Positions 42,128 to 53,898 of a stretch of 64,000 bases of DNA are shown here, piece by piece. Numbering within the stretch: position 1 is the first letter of the stretch; the number at the start of each line of letters is the position of its first letter. This stretch comes from Candidatus Bathyarchaeota archaeon (GTDB lineage: Archaea > Thermoproteota > Bathyarchaeia > Bathyarchaeales > Bathycorpusculaceae). The notes beneath the pieces were generated by a model. It was not told the DNA's origin. It saw only the letters and a list, made by a program, of their open reading frames with translations, and did no database searches. Location: positions 1 through 64,000 of the forward strand of contig CAVYHV010000017.1 of the NCBI GenBank assembly GCA_963768425.1, written 5' to 3'. Both the position numbers and the translations under genes were made by a program.

Positions 42128-43109
42128 ATGGGCGAAGGACAAAATCGACGCACAAATCATAGGACTTCTGTTTGAAGATGCTCGCAGAAATTTTGCGGAA
42201 ATTGGAAAAGAAGTGGGCATCTCGAAAAACGCAGTTTGGAGCCGCTACCTAAAAATGAATAGGGAAGGCGTGATTACTGGAGCCACGGTTCAAATAAACT
42301 ACAGAAAGTTAGGGTATGACGCTGTGGGGACTCTAATGATGGACATTGAACCTTCCCAGCTAGAAGAATTAAGTAGATATATTACAACTCGAGTGCCCGA
42401 GGCTTTCGGTCCGTTTTTTAGTGCGTCGAAATTTAATGCGGGTGCAGTGGTGCCACTAAGAAACGTAAGCGAATTAGGCAAGATAAAAGAGGAGTTAAGC
42501 AGGAAATTAATCGTTACCGAAATAAGTTCTTCACTTTGGACCGATGTTTGGTTCGTCCCTGAGAACTTATCGCAGATCCCAGTTCGCTCCGCAAACAGCA
42601 ATAATTTGAAAACAGAAGACAACACTGTGTTTCATGCTGATGAGATAGACTTACACTTGATAGAGGCGCTTGCAAAGGACAGTCGAACCTCTTTTAGAGC
42701 ATTAGCAATTCAGTTAGGCGTTTCTATCGATACGGTCGCGAGACGATATCGAAGACTGAGGGAAGAAAAAGTCATAGTTCCCAGAATTCAAATCGATCCA
42801 AGGAAGATAGGGTATAACGCTTTAGTTAATTTCTACCTCAAGATAATGCCGCATTATGATGTAGACGTGATCCTAAACGAGTTACTTCAATTTTCTGACG
42901 CTTTTTATGTAATGAAGTTTAGAGGAGATTTCAGCGTAGGCATGATGCTTATGGTTAAGAGCATTCAGGACATGCTCGAAACAGGGGATCACATTGCAAG
43001 AATAACGGGTGTCAAGAGGACAGAGACAGTTGTAAGCTCAGTTACAGACAAATGGCCCCTTCCCCGAACATACACCTCAACTCTTGGAGGAAACACGACC
43101 GCCACCTGA
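42128..43109 (+). CDS. Tandem Lrp/AsnC regulator (two HTH+RAM units; start uncertain, ORF track starts at 42213)
   Basis: DARRNFAEIGKEVGIS and DEIDLHLIEALAKDSRTSFRALA. Confidence 0.85.
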
Positions 43110-43342
43110 ACTTGAACTGTCTTAGAGTGCCATCGAAGACTACTGAGAGGGGTTTATTTTCAAAACTTTTCTTCCGATGGCTTAATTTTTTGTTCAAGGA
43201 TTCCCTTCTAAATAAACAATTTTTTATCAGATTACTCAAGTTTTCATTAATGGTAAGTCTTAAATCTGAATGGCGTATATAAAGCAAAAACATGAAAAAA
43301 GGGCAAACCTAAAAAACTCAATTTGATATATTAAATCTGAGA

Positions 43343-43651
43343 GTGACAGATTTGGCGGAGCAAGCGAAATTGGCTTATCTACAAGAGGAAATTAAAAAAG
43401 CCAAAAGGAGCGAAAGGAGCGGAACTGCCATTTCAATTTCAGGATTAATGATAGTCATTTTATCTATTTTATTTCCTCAAATCATTAAAACAATGCCCAC
43501 TCCAGCATATGTTGTACCTTTCTTCTTTGGACTGTTCGGTGGACTATTAATCATCGTTTTGGGCATGGCTTTCGACATTTACTACGCAATTCAGGGTGGG
43601 ATCCTAATGGATCAACTGAAAAGAATGGCTTCAAAGTGTTTAATCAATTAA
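43343..43651 (+). CDS. Small two-TM hypothetical protein
   Basis: Two hydrophobic helices. Confidence 0.55.
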   Translation: MTDLAEQAKLAYLQEEIKKAKRSERSGTAISISGLMIVILSILFPQIIKTMPTPAYVVPFFFGLFGGLLIIVLGMAFDIYYAIQGGILMDQLKRMASKCLIN

Positions 43652-43999
43652 GTAAGGCTGCCTTGCTTTTCAATAATTATTATGTGAGTGCCTTTTTCTC
43701 TTAGACTCAGTGAAAATGGCTTCAGATATGAACAAACACCATGAAGAGAAAAGAAGCATAGAACTTGGTATAACTTTTCTTTACGAACTTTTAACCACAA
43801 AGTCAGATGATTATCAAGAACATCTTTTTGTTCGATTAATTGATGCTTTAGGGTTTAAAATGCCTGCCGCCAAAAGTGAAAAGGTGTTCGCACCTTTGTC
43901 TTCAAGACAAAACTTATCTGCATTTCCAACTAATACTCTCACATAATCAGGATCTTGTGATTTCGAAGTGGCAAATAAGTCCGAAAAAACAAGTAGCAA

Positions 44000-44596
44000 G
44001 TGGGAAATCAAAGGTCTGGCGGCAGATGGCCCGACTCGGGCTTGAAAGAGAAATTGATGCTTTTCGGCCAATTCGTCGGCGACTGGGACATTGTTGAAGC
44101 CAGGTATATGCAGGCGGATGGAACTTGGGTCAAGATGCATGGAGAGGTTCATTTTGGATGGATTCTTGGCGGCAGCGCGGTGCAGGATGTTTGGATGGGT
44201 TGCAAAGAAGGATCTCAGAAGATGACTCTTTTTGGAACAACCATCAGATTCTATGACCCACAGATTGATGCTTGGCGCAGCACCTGGCTGTCTCCATTGA
44301 AGGGTCTTGTGCAAGCGTTCATAGCTCGAAAAGTCAACGATGACATTGTTCTTGATCTTCAAAACACAAATGGCTATCCCGAGAGATGGATATTCTCACA
44401 AATCACACCGCAGTCTTTCAGATGGCATGCTGAGGAAACACATGACGAAGGCAAGACTTGGCTGACAACCGAGGAAATGCAAATCAGCGAAAATCCCCGA
44501 TGGGCACTAAAAATTATTCTTTGGCGACCTCAGTTTGACGGAACTTATTTTTCGTCTAATTGCGGGATTCGCCTAGCAAGCTCAACCCAGTTTTGA
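44000..44596 (+). CDS. DUF1579-like beta-barrel protein (ends uncertain)
   Basis: FGQFVGDWD...WILGG.AVQD...GTTIRFYDP...WRSTW...DEGKTW. Confidence 0.7.
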   Translation: MGNQRSGGRWPDSGLKEKLMLFGQFVGDWDIVEARYMQADGTWVKMHGEVHFGWILGGSAVQDVWMGCKEGSQKMTLFGTTIRFYDPQIDAWRSTWLSPLKGLVQAFIARKVNDDIVLDLQNTNGYPERWIFSQITPQSFRWHAEETHDEGKTWLTTEEMQISENPRWALKIILWRPQFDGTYFSSNCGIRLASSTQF

Positions 44597-45192
44597 GAAA
44601 CACTCTGTTTTATTAATGGTTTGATGTTGGCGAAAACCGGCGTTGGCATCAAAGTCATCCAACCCTTTGTAACTACGAATTGATCTTCCAGATCAAGCAA
44701 CGGGAAAAGCCATTGAATAAAAGCTGGAAACCTGCTGGGAGGCACTTGTTTTGACATTAAGCCTCCAATTTGAGCTTGCTCACTCTCAGATGTTCTTTCT
44801 CTGAGAATAGCATATAGATGGGCATCTTCCTTATCCAGATGAATCCGAAGATGCGTGGACAGGGCTATTGTAGCTCTTGCCGCGTTCAGCGGGTCAGGCG
44901 CTTTACGGATTTCTTCTATCCCAGCAACCATGCGGTCAAGTTCACGATGATCCATCAGGTAAGCTTTGGCTACAAGAGGCGCCACGTTGTCGACAGCGGG
45001 AAAAACCGCGACTTCCTCGCCCTTAGCATGATAATCCAGAGCCTCATCCATAAGATGCAGGCGATCCAAAACCAAAGTTAGGTCCCCTCCGCCGCGGGCT
45101 ATTTTAAAGACGGCATCATCAATCTGGAAAACGTCACGGCGAAACGCGTTATGTAGAGCACGCACAATATCAATTGGTCCTGACAAAACCAA
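44545..45192 (-). CDS. Hemerythrin-domain protein
   Basis: HNAFRRD, YHAKGEE, DH, HLDKED. Confidence 0.85.
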   Translation of the reverse strand: MVLSGPIDIVRALHNAFRRDVFQIDDAVFKIARGGGDLTLVLDRLHLMDEALDYHAKGEEVAVFPAVDNVAPLVAKAYLMDHRELDRMVAGIEEIRKAPDPLNAARATIALSTHLRIHLDKEDAHLYAILRERTSESEQAQIGGLMSKQVPPSRFPAFIQWLFPLLDLEDQFVVTKGWMTLMPTPVFANIKPLIKQSVSQNWVELARRIPQLDEK

Positions 45193-45354
45193 CAGCCTCT
45201 TATAAAAAATTCTCCGTCAAACTATTAACAGTTGTGCTGTTGTAGCTCTGAGGCCACAAGATTGGAAGGTCATATTTTTTTGCTTATAGCGTAAACCAAT
45301 AATTTTTGTCTTATCTAAAGAGATATGTGAAGACTAAAAGTCTTTAGCCCAAAG

Positions 45355-45450
45355 TTTAAAAATGCCAGCTATGTATCATCTGAAAACGTGGCGGGTGAGT
45401 GGACCTCCATCCGTTCCGCCATTATAAAACCCGGAGTAGGAGGAAAAAGT
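45355..45450 (+). promoter_or_regulatory. TATA box and structured 5' leader of the queC-queT operon
   Basis: tttaaaaa 45355-45362; stem gtggcgg/ccgccat; loop cctcc complementary to SD ggagg 45439-45443. Confidence 0.5.
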
Positions 45451-45573
45451 TTGAAAATCGAGAAAACAAAAAAGGTAATATTGGGTGTTTTTGCCATTTT
45501 GATAATGGCCTCAACCGAACTTGTGATCCAACAATTTAGTCATTCTTTGCCTTTTTTTGAGGTGGAAACATGA
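45451..45573 (+). CDS. Short hydrophobic leader ORF coupled to queC
   Basis: ggagg then TTG; MKIEKTKKVILGVFAILIMAS...; ATGA overlap with queC. Confidence 0.45.
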   Translation: MKIEKTKKVILGVFAILIMASTELVIQQFSHSLPFFEVET

Positions 45574-46331
45574 GGAAAGCAGTTGTAATGTGTAGCGGAG
45601 GCGTTGATTCCGTTACAACTCTTTATTTCGTTGCGAAAGTGATTCGAGCCAACCCGATCTTGGTCATAAACGCAGATTACGGTCAACGGATGGTCAAGGA
45701 AGAGCGCTGGTGTGTGAAGAAGGCTGTTGAAGATTTGGAGAGGCAAGGCTTCAAAGCTACTTACAAAGAAATCGACATTTCGTGGATGAAAGAGCTTTCC
45801 ACAAGTTTGTTGGTCAAAGATGATGTTCCTGTGCCGGAGACACCTAAAGAAGATATCTGGGATGCAGGGAAAGCGAGAGAGAGAATTCTTAGATGGTGGG
45901 ATGTTGTTCGCAACACGATGTTGCTGACTATCGGCCTGGCTCATGCAGAACACTTTGATTTAGACAGTTACATCAAAACAAAAGAACGCGACATCTACGA
46001 TGTTTACATAGGAATCAGAAGAGAAGGACCCGTTATGATGAAGGACAACACCCCGGAATTCGTTGCGGAGATGAATCGTCTTGTTGAGCATGCAACTCAC
46101 TTCGGCGGATACAAAATCTCAGCGCCCCTGCTTGAAGTCGACAAAGACGGCACGGTTGCATTGGGAAAAGCATTAGGTGTCAACTTCTTGTACACCTACA
46201 GCTGCTACCAAGGATGGGACTGGACCGAAAAAGGTGAACCTGTCCATTGCGGCTTCTGCAGTAACTGCCGACGAAGAAAAGAAGCTTTTACCCTCGCTGG
46301 AATACAGGACCCAAGCAAATACGCACGTTGA
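45570..46331 (+). CDS. queC: 7-cyano-7-deazaguanine (preQ0) synthase
   Basis: SGGVDS, DYGQR, RN, TYSCY...HCGFCSNCRRR. Confidence 0.92.
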   Translation: MRKAVVMCSGGVDSVTTLYFVAKVIRANPILVINADYGQRMVKEERWCVKKAVEDLERQGFKATYKEIDISWMKELSTSLLVKDDVPVPETPKEDIWDAGKARERILRWWDVVRNTMLLTIGLAHAEHFDLDSYIKTKERDIYDVYIGIRREGPVMMKDNTPEFVAEMNRLVEHATHFGGYKISAPLLEVDKDGTVALGKALGVNFLYTYSCYQGWDWTEKGEPVHCGFCSNCRRRKEAFTLAGIQDPSKYAR

Positions 46332-46816
46332 AAAACATGAAAACTAAAACCATAGCAGTTGCCGTTATCTACGCCTCGCTTTACGCTGCGTTGGTCATCG
46401 TGTTGGGACCGTTCAGTTATGGACCTGTACAAGTACGAATAGCCGACGCGATGGTGGCTTTAGTCCCGATCTTCGGCTGGGCTGGAATACTTGGACAGGC
46501 ATTAGGGGTCTTCATATCTAACATTTTCAGTCCACTCGGCTGGATTGACCTGCTAAACACGATTCCAAGCTTCATAATGGCATATGCAATTTGGAAACTA
46601 AGAAACACAAGCGTTATCGCGGGAACAGTAATGTACTCGATAGTGCTGGCAGTCACCGTAGGCGCAATGCTTAGTTACGTGTACGGACTGCCGCTAATCG
46701 CCGAATTCGCCTACGTGCTGATAGGAAACCTAATTGCATCAACAGTCATCGGATACCCAGTGTACAAAGCGATCAAGAAAACAAACCTCCAAAGACGGCT
46801 TGAAACCGAAAAGTGA
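46328..46816 (+). CDS. queT: QueT-family precursor transporter
   Basis: PFSYGPVQVRIAD...ISNIFSPLGWID. Confidence 0.88.
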   Translation: MKNMKTKTIAVAVIYASLYAALVIVLGPFSYGPVQVRIADAMVALVPIFGWAGILGQALGVFISNIFSPLGWIDLLNTIPSFIMAYAIWKLRNTSVIAGTVMYSIVLAVTVGAMLSYVYGLPLIAEFAYVLIGNLIASTVIGYPVYKAIKKTNLQRRLETEK

Positions 46817-46966
46817 GTTTATTCTTTTTTTCTTTCTTAAAGAACCTTCTGCACCCCCCTCCGTCTGTTTCTGCGTCCATCGGTGATATCTCATGCCCCT
46901 TGTGTACAGGGAACAGAAGCCGAGCAAACCCAGATTCATGAGGATTTGTGGCACGGCTTTAGCTTG

Positions 46967-47812
46967 TCACCCGAACTTTCCGAATATGAATGAAAGCAAA
47001 CCAAAAACGAACAGGAAAAGAACCAGCTTCTTTATTTGGCGAGCATTCTCACGTGAAGGATTTCTAATCAAACTCGCAGAACACCAAACTAACCCAACGT
47101 CAGTAACAAGCACGAACGGAACGAACCAAATTGAGACTAAATTAAAGATCAACGGAAGAGGTGACAGGCAGACTGCTAAAATGAAGAAGCCAGCCGCTGC
47201 ATAAGCCGCTTTTCTTTCCCCGAAGGATACTGCTAGAGTTTTGATTTTATTTATGCCGTCGCCTTGCACGTCAACTATGCCTTTGGCGATTTCCCGTCCT
47301 GTATTGGAAAGGAATGCCATGGATGCGAAAAGCAAAATGTTGACCTTGATCAAATTGACGGCCACAAGGCTGCCATATAGAAAAGGCGCGGCTACGCATG
47401 CGCTAACCAACAAATTGCCCGCAAATCCCCGTCTCTTCCCAACAGTTGAGTAAGCCATCATTATAACCCAAGCTGCAAAAGCAAACAAAAGGCAATAGAC
47501 ACTTATCGCGAGGGCAGCGGCCAAACCTACAACCGTCAGAAAACCCGTTAGCAACAAGGCGGCTCTCTTGGATACGGCGCCGCTTGGGATTGGGCGTAAA
47601 GGCTCATTTATTTTGTCGATGTCAAAGTCGTAATAGTCGTTGACCGCCATCGAAGCCCCAGTCAAAGTGAACGCGGTTACTACTCCGTAAACCAGGTTCA
47701 TCCAGTGAATGGCGCTGACTCCCGCTAAGCTAACGCCCACGAGAACGGCGAAACTCATGACTATGCAGTTCACTGGTCGAAGCAACCTAAACAAGCCGCT
47801 GATCTTAACCAA
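46967..47812 (-). CDS. Digeranylgeranylglyceryl phosphate synthase (UbiA family)
   Basis: RPVN, NDYYDFDIDKINEPLRPIPSG, REIAKGIVDVQGD. Confidence 0.9.
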   Translation of the reverse strand: MVKISGLFRLLRPVNCIVMSFAVLVGVSLAGVSAIHWMNLVYGVVTAFTLTGASMAVNDYYDFDIDKINEPLRPIPSGAVSKRAALLLTGFLTVVGLAAALAISVYCLLFAFAAWVIMMAYSTVGKRRGFAGNLLVSACVAAPFLYGSLVAVNLIKVNILLFASMAFLSNTGREIAKGIVDVQGDGINKIKTLAVSFGERKAAYAAAGFFILAVCLSPLPLIFNLVSIWFVPFVLVTDVGLVWCSASLIRNPSRENARQIKKLVLFLFVFGLLSFIFGKFG

Positions 47813-48011
47813 GAGATTACCTTGGCGTGAATATGCATGGTCTAGTAATTAAAAACTAACTCAAGTTATCTCAAATTTGAATCAACAATTCATAACTCAT
47901 TTATTCCGATTCACGTGAGTAACAGACACTCAACTTAGCTAAAACCGCTAAGAAACAAAAAATAGAATGTACAGGAAAACTAATTTGGGATGACGATTAT
48001 GGAAAAAAACG

Positions 48012-48824
48012 TTGTGCATGAAAATCTTACGAACTTTGGATCCGCCAATTCTTGTTTCAAAGGAAAAGGGAAGGTTAACTGAAATGGTGGGTGTTGGCAA
48101 AGTAATCGGCATCGCAATTGCTTTTCTTTTCGTCGGAATGATACTCGGAGGATACCTCAGCTTCACAGTGGTTGCCCCAGAACTACAAAAGCTACACATT
48201 GACTTTGGAGTCCTTGGCAGCAACAATAACAACCAAAGCAACCAAAATAACAACAACAATAACAACAATAACAATAATAACAATAATCCGACTACCAACA
48301 ATCCGAACAATAACAGCAACAATAACAACGACCCAAACGGCAACAACCAAAATACGAGCAGCCCGAACAATAACAACGACCAAAACCAACCTGCAATAAA
48401 CAACAACAATCAGCCGCCCAGCAATGAGACAGCTAGCTACGGCGGAAGCGGCCAATTCAAAGTCTCAATGCAAAGCAATGGAAACTCTTACTCAGGAACT
48501 CTAACGGCAAACATAAATATCCCAGTTCAACAGGTCGGAAACTCCATACAATTCAGCCTGGATCTATCGCCGACAAGTGTTTCCGGAAGCCTACAGCAAG
48601 CAATACAGACTGGCGGCAGCGACACAATCTTCAACTTCGTAGGCACAGTTTCCAACTCGCAGGTCACTGCAAACGCCCAAGGCACAACCGGCAATGGACA
48701 GACCTTCGACTTAAACATCAGCGGCTCAATCGATTCGAACACATTCTCTTTCACAATGACTTCAGCAGGAGACTCTCAACTTACCGTCTCGACACCTCAG
48801 CAGATAGTAACCCACAACAACTAA
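48012..48824 (+). CDS. Membrane-anchored Asn-rich protein (start probably ATG 48084)
   Basis: N-terminal TM, poly-Asn linker, beta-rich C-terminal domain. Confidence 0.75.
   Translation: MCMKILRTLDPPILVSKEKGRLTEMVGVGKVIGIAIAFLFVGMILGGYLSFTVVAPELQKLHIDFGVLGSNNNNQSNQNNNNNNNNNNNNNNPTTNNPNNNSNNNNDPNGNNQNTSSPNNNNDQNQPAINNNNQPPSNETASYGGSGQFKVSMQSNGNSYSGTLTANINIPVQQVGNSIQFSLDLSPTSVSGSLQQAIQTGGSDTIFNFVGTVSNSQVTANAQGTTGNGQTFDLNISGSIDSNTFSFTMTSAGDSQLTVSTPQQIVTHNN
48222..48410 (+). repeat. AAC/AAT trinucleotide low-complexity tract (poly-Asn)
   Basis: aacaataacaac... repeats in frame. Confidence 0.85.
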
Positions 48825-49013
48825 TGCACCAATGAGATGGATAATCTCCTTTTTTGTAACCAATATAGAGAGTCTTTTTCAACTGATTTGATTTCGCCTT
48901 CCTATTGACTACTTGCCCCAGTTTATTGTTGGAGGTTTTGGTTCGCAATCTCAAATCACGGAAGAATGGTTTTTTTGCGTCTTGCATATTAATGAGAATA
49001 GCTAAGTGAAGGC

Positions 49014-49842
49014 GTGATGAAAAAGTGGTTAGTGCTAGCGGTAGTGTTGATTGCCGTCATCGTTCTGGGCGGGTCATTACTGATTTTGCTCAACAACAAA
49101 ACCACCCCAGCAGCCACTACAACATCAAATTACACTTACTCGATTGTCAAGACGTACCCCCATGACACAAGCTCCTTCACCGAAGGATTATGGTATTCGG
49201 ATGGAATAATGTACGAAAGCAGTGGCAGCGGAAACGGCCCCGATTACGTTTCAACTCTACGTCAGGTTAACTTGACCACAGGCAAAGTCATGCAAGAGTA
49301 CACGCTGCCAACCCAGTACTTCGGCGAAGGCATAGCAGTCGTCAACGACAAAATTATCCAGTTAACGTGGCAAAGCAACGTGGGCTTCATCTACGACAAA
49401 GACACCTTCGCGCTGCTCGGCAACTTCACCTATCCCACCCAAGGCTGGGGCTTAACTTATGACGGAAAAGAGTTAATCATGAGCGACGGCTCAGACAACC
49501 TCTACTTCTTAAACGCAACAACATTCCAACGCATAGGAGAAGTTCAAGTTCACGACGGAAACTCAACTGTGACGAATGATTAACTCGCTGGATTACATCA
49601 ACGGGGACGTTTACGCCAACATCTGGATGACAAACAAAATCGCCATAATCAACCCTGCAACAGGACAGGTTAAGGCTTGGGTAGACCTTACGGGGCTGCC
49701 GGCTTCAGTTGCAAGCAAAACAAACGGAAATGCAGTTTTAAATGGCATAGCATACGACCAGCAAAACAACAGGCTTTTCGTAACAGGAAAAGACTGGTCA
49801 AGCCTTTACCAGATAAAACTCGTACCCGAAAACAAATCGTGA
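49014..49842 (+). CDS. Glutaminyl-peptide cyclotransferase (plant/bacterial type; frameshift near 49580)
   Basis: YPHD..SFTEGL, FGEG, QLTW, GWGLT, SDGS, ANIW, VLNGIA. Confidence 0.9.
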
Positions 49843-50097
49843 GCATGAAAAGCCCGTTTCTGAGAGTTGACCAAGGGAAACAATAAGTGCAGTATTTTGC
49901 GAAATAATCAAAATTCACTTGAGCATAAAGTGAGATTTAAAAGAAAAATCATGGAAAAGACCTTAAAAACGTCTATTTAGACGTTTGCGATTGCAAAGTG
50001 TTGCGCTTTTGCTCTAAATTCAAACATTTCTTTGTGCGTAAAATTGTTGAAAAAAGTTAAATACTGATAGCTCCGAGTTAGAGGAGCGGGGATTCGT

Positions 50098-50800
50098 TTG
50101 AGTGAGGGAGAAAACACAGTACCTAAAACTGAAACAAAGTATCCTTGGAGCAACTACACACTGAAATTAGGCAGAGGAGAACCAGTTTCCACAACACAAT
50201 ACGTGCTATACGCAGTGCAGATCGCAGCAGTCATCATTCTGTCGTACTTAAGCGTCGCATGTTATTCCACTAAGCTATTCAGGCATCTCACTATTCTATT
50301 TCGTGTACCCATTCTTCTTAGTGTTCACCATGTGGTGGGGAACTTGGGGCATGCTTGGAGCATACGTTGGATGCGTACTCGGCGCAGGCTTAATTGTTGG
50401 CATAGGCCAGTTCCATCGATAGCCTATTCGATAAGCGACTTCGTTCCGCCGTTATTCGCATTCGTAATTTACCGTGGAGTCCTATCAAAGAGAGGCTATG
50501 ATCCGCTGTGGAGAGACTTAACTGACAAAGAAGTTGCAGGCGTAAAAACAAAGAGAGTAGGCGCATGGTTCTGGTTCATCCTCATAAACGGAGTAATACT
50601 GAACGTAATCAGTGCAGAACTCGGCATTGGAATACTATACAAATTGGGATCTGGTTCCCAGCGATGTATTCTGGCTATTTTGGGCCGGATGGTTCGTAGG
50701 CGACTTGCTAGCAATGGTCATCATCACTCCAGTGCTCGTCAAAGGACTCACAAATCTCGTCGAAAGACAAGGACTAATCAACCACGGCTGGGTAACTTGA
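50098..50800 (+). CDS. Membrane protein, probable ECF substrate (S) component (frameshifted)
   Basis: Hydrophobic; C-terminal GWFVGDLLA; first gene of the ecfT/ecfA operon. Confidence 0.55.
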
Positions 50801-50838
50801 GAGCAACTCTTCTTTAAAATTATATTTAAAGGGGAAAG

Positions 50839-51910
50839 TTGTTGGCAAGTCCAGACGTGAAAGCACGTACTTCCAAAAAGTACGTGCGTACCTTTATTTT
50901 TTCTATGCGCACTGGAACACCAATTGAGAAACTGCATGTAATAACCAAATTTTTCATGATTGCAGTCATGTCGGTTTTAACGCTTTACATGTTTGATATC
51001 CCTGTTTCACAGCGGCGGCCCAGACATCATTGGGCTTGATTCTTTTGCTTGTTCTTGTATTTTCTCTCTTGTTAATCTCGAGAACCGCCAAGTACCTGGT
51101 AAGCTCTTACTTGATACTTGGCGGTACCAGTTATTTTGGCCGAATTCTTCTGGTGGCTTTTCTTCAACGAGTCGCTGCCAGGACGCAAAAATGACGTTTT
51201 ATTTGTGGCCAGGGTTTTTGCCGATAGGCGTATCAACTTTGGTTCTTGTAGGCGTTTTCGCTTGGTTTACTATAGGACACGAAGCATATGGTTGTCACTT
51301 GTTCCTGCGTTGCTGCTATGGTGGTTCACTATAATGCCCAGCTGCACTTAGCTTCTCGTCAATGGCAACATGGGTAAGAATTCCCAATTGGCGCGAGCTT
51401 ACTCTTTTTCGCTGCCGCAGTGGTCACTAACGGTTGCGTTCGCAAAAGCCTTGGTTACGCAGTGTTAATTTACACGTCATTTCTTTTCCTTTTAACAACA
51501 AGAGACGTCGAAATCGCAGGAGCACTTAGGCAACTGAGGCTTTCGTTTAGAAAAGCATTCTTTGTATGCTTGATGTTCAGAAACCTAAACACGATACTGC
51601 TTGACTACCAAAACATCAAAATGGCTCAGACTGCACGCGCCTCAAGCGTGATTAGAAAAAGCATATTCTCCAAGATCATGGATCTTCGCTTACGTTTCTA
51701 TTCCGTTGGTGGCAACCATGATTAGACGGTCCACAGAGATGGGTGTGGCGCTTTACGCCAGAGGTTTTGAAGCGTCAAACAGAATGACAGATTACAAAGA
51801 GACAAAACAATTAAGCGTCGTCGACTTATACGATAATGGCGATTTTAGTCGCATTCTTAATATACGAGGTCATCCTTGGACACTCCATCACTGCCTTATT
51901 CATGAGGTAA
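50839..51910 (+). CDS. ecfT: ECF transporter transmembrane T component (multiple frameshifts)
   Basis: TPIEKLHVITK, LLTT, AQTARA, ALYARGF. Confidence 0.8.
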
Positions 51911-51916
51911 AAGTGC

Positions 51917-53764
51917 ATGTCGGTGTTGGAAGTCAACGATTTCTGGTGGAAATACCGATCCTACGTAGGCGTAGAAAACCCCTTCACACTCAAAGGATTT
52001 AACATTCAAAGTGGACAAGGGCGAATTCTTCGGAATAATCGGACCAAGCGGCGCAGGAAAAACCACCCTTTGCTATGCCTTGACAGGAATAATTCCTCAT
52101 GTTTTCACTGTTCCCCTATGGGAAAGAACGCGAGCACATTAAAGGCGAAATAAAACTTTTCGGGCAAACACTAACCAAAGTCGAAGCGGTAACAGACGAA
52201 AAAACAGGCAAAACAGCGGACAAAATCGTCGGCATGAAACAGACAGCGCCCCGAGTTGGATTGCTGCTGCAAGACCCAGAAAACCAGTTTCTCAGGATGG
52301 ATCTCCTGCATGAAATCAGCTTCGGAATGGAACTTCTGGGGCTTTCCTGAAAGCGAAATTGAGAGAAGAGCCAAAGAAGCTCTTGAAATAGTAGGGTTAG
52401 GTGACCTGTGGCCGATAGCTGACCTCGTTCACCCAAGCGAATTGTCAGGTGGGCAGAAACAGAGGGCAGCAATTGCTTCATTCATCGCCCTGCGACCAGA
52501 ACTGCTTGGTTTTGGATGAACCCATGTCTAACCTTGACCCCGAGGGAAAACTCAGCATAATTCAAGCTATCGACAACATCAGAAACGAATATGACATAAC
52601 AATAATTGTTGTTGAGCATAACCCCGAAGTAATGCAGAAATACGCTGACAAAGTGCTTGCCATAAACAACGGGCAAGACGATTGCCTACGGAACCACCGA
52701 AGAAGGTTTACTCCCAGAGCAAACTGTTTGAGGAAAACGGGCTTTACGCCTCAGACATAGCGAGAATCGGCTGGCAATCAGGCTTAACCTACAATGGAAG
52801 AGTTCCCTTCACCGTTGACGAAATGATGCAGGCAATGTGACAGCGAAAACAAGAACCATTCTTGGCAGACATTGAGATGACCAGACAGAAGAGAACGCGG
52901 AAGAAATAATAAGCGTCAAAGACCTTGACTTCTCGTACGAAGACGGAACCCAAGCGCTGAAAGGCGTAACATTCTCCATAAAAAAAGGCGAATACGTAGG
53001 GCTCATAGGGCAAAACGGCGCAGGCAAATCAACAATATCCAAAGTAATAAGCGGCTTATACCAGAAGTTCCAAGGTGAAGCAAAAGTCATGGGGTTGAAC
53101 TTGCGCGACAGAAAAGTCATCCAGAAAATCCCCTGTTATGTCGGCTACGTTTTTCAGAACCCCGATAACCAGATTTTCATGCGCAAAGTCTACGATGAAG
53201 TCGCTTACGGCTTAAAGAACCTCAAGGTTCCGCAGCAGGAAATCGACCAAAGAGTCAAAGAAGCCCTCAAAAGCGTTGGGCTTGCTGGCGAAGATCGATG
53301 AGGACCCGATGTTTTTGGGCAAAGGCGAAAAACGACGGTTAACCGTGGCATCCATTCTTGCGATGAACCCTAAAATCATGATTGTGGACGAACCCACGAC
53401 AGGTCAGGACTTCCGCATGTCCGAGGACATAATGGACTTGCTTGAAGAACTCAACAGGGCAGGCACAACGATTCTGGCGATAACCCATGACATGACGCTT
53501 GTTTCGGAACACACAAAACGAGTCATAGTCATGCATAACGGAGCAGTGCTCTACGACGGCTCCACAAGAGGATTCTTCGCAAACGAAGACTTGCTTGAAG
53601 AATCCGGGATAATACCGCCCATGGCAGTGAGACTCAGCCACGCCTACATGAAAAAACACCCATCTTCCCCATGCCTGATGAACACAAAAGAATGGATCAC
53701 AGCAGTTAGAAAAGTATGGATCTCAAATAATTCAGATTTCAATAGAACCACGTTTTTCAGATGA
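51917..53764 (+). CDS. ecfA: ECF transporter duplicated ABC ATPase (multiple frameshifts)
   Basis: [25 protein letters not shown]; second domain [25 protein letters not shown]. Confidence 0.85.
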
Positions 53765-53898
53765 ACACACTAAACTGCGACGACCAATATGGTTTTTTTA
53801 CCTAAAATAGTAGTTTTTGTTTAGAGCTTTTAAAATTATATATAATGGTTGTTACAGTGTTGAGACAATAACATCGATTGTTTGGGGGAGAATAGGGT

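Noticed and set aside
46872-46882. ggtgatatctc match to the repeat arm
   Set aside because: Isolated 11-mer without spacer, core or tail; may be chance.
47948-48455. Leu/Val-rich minus-strand ORFs
   Set aside because: Shadow frames of the AAC/AAT tract.
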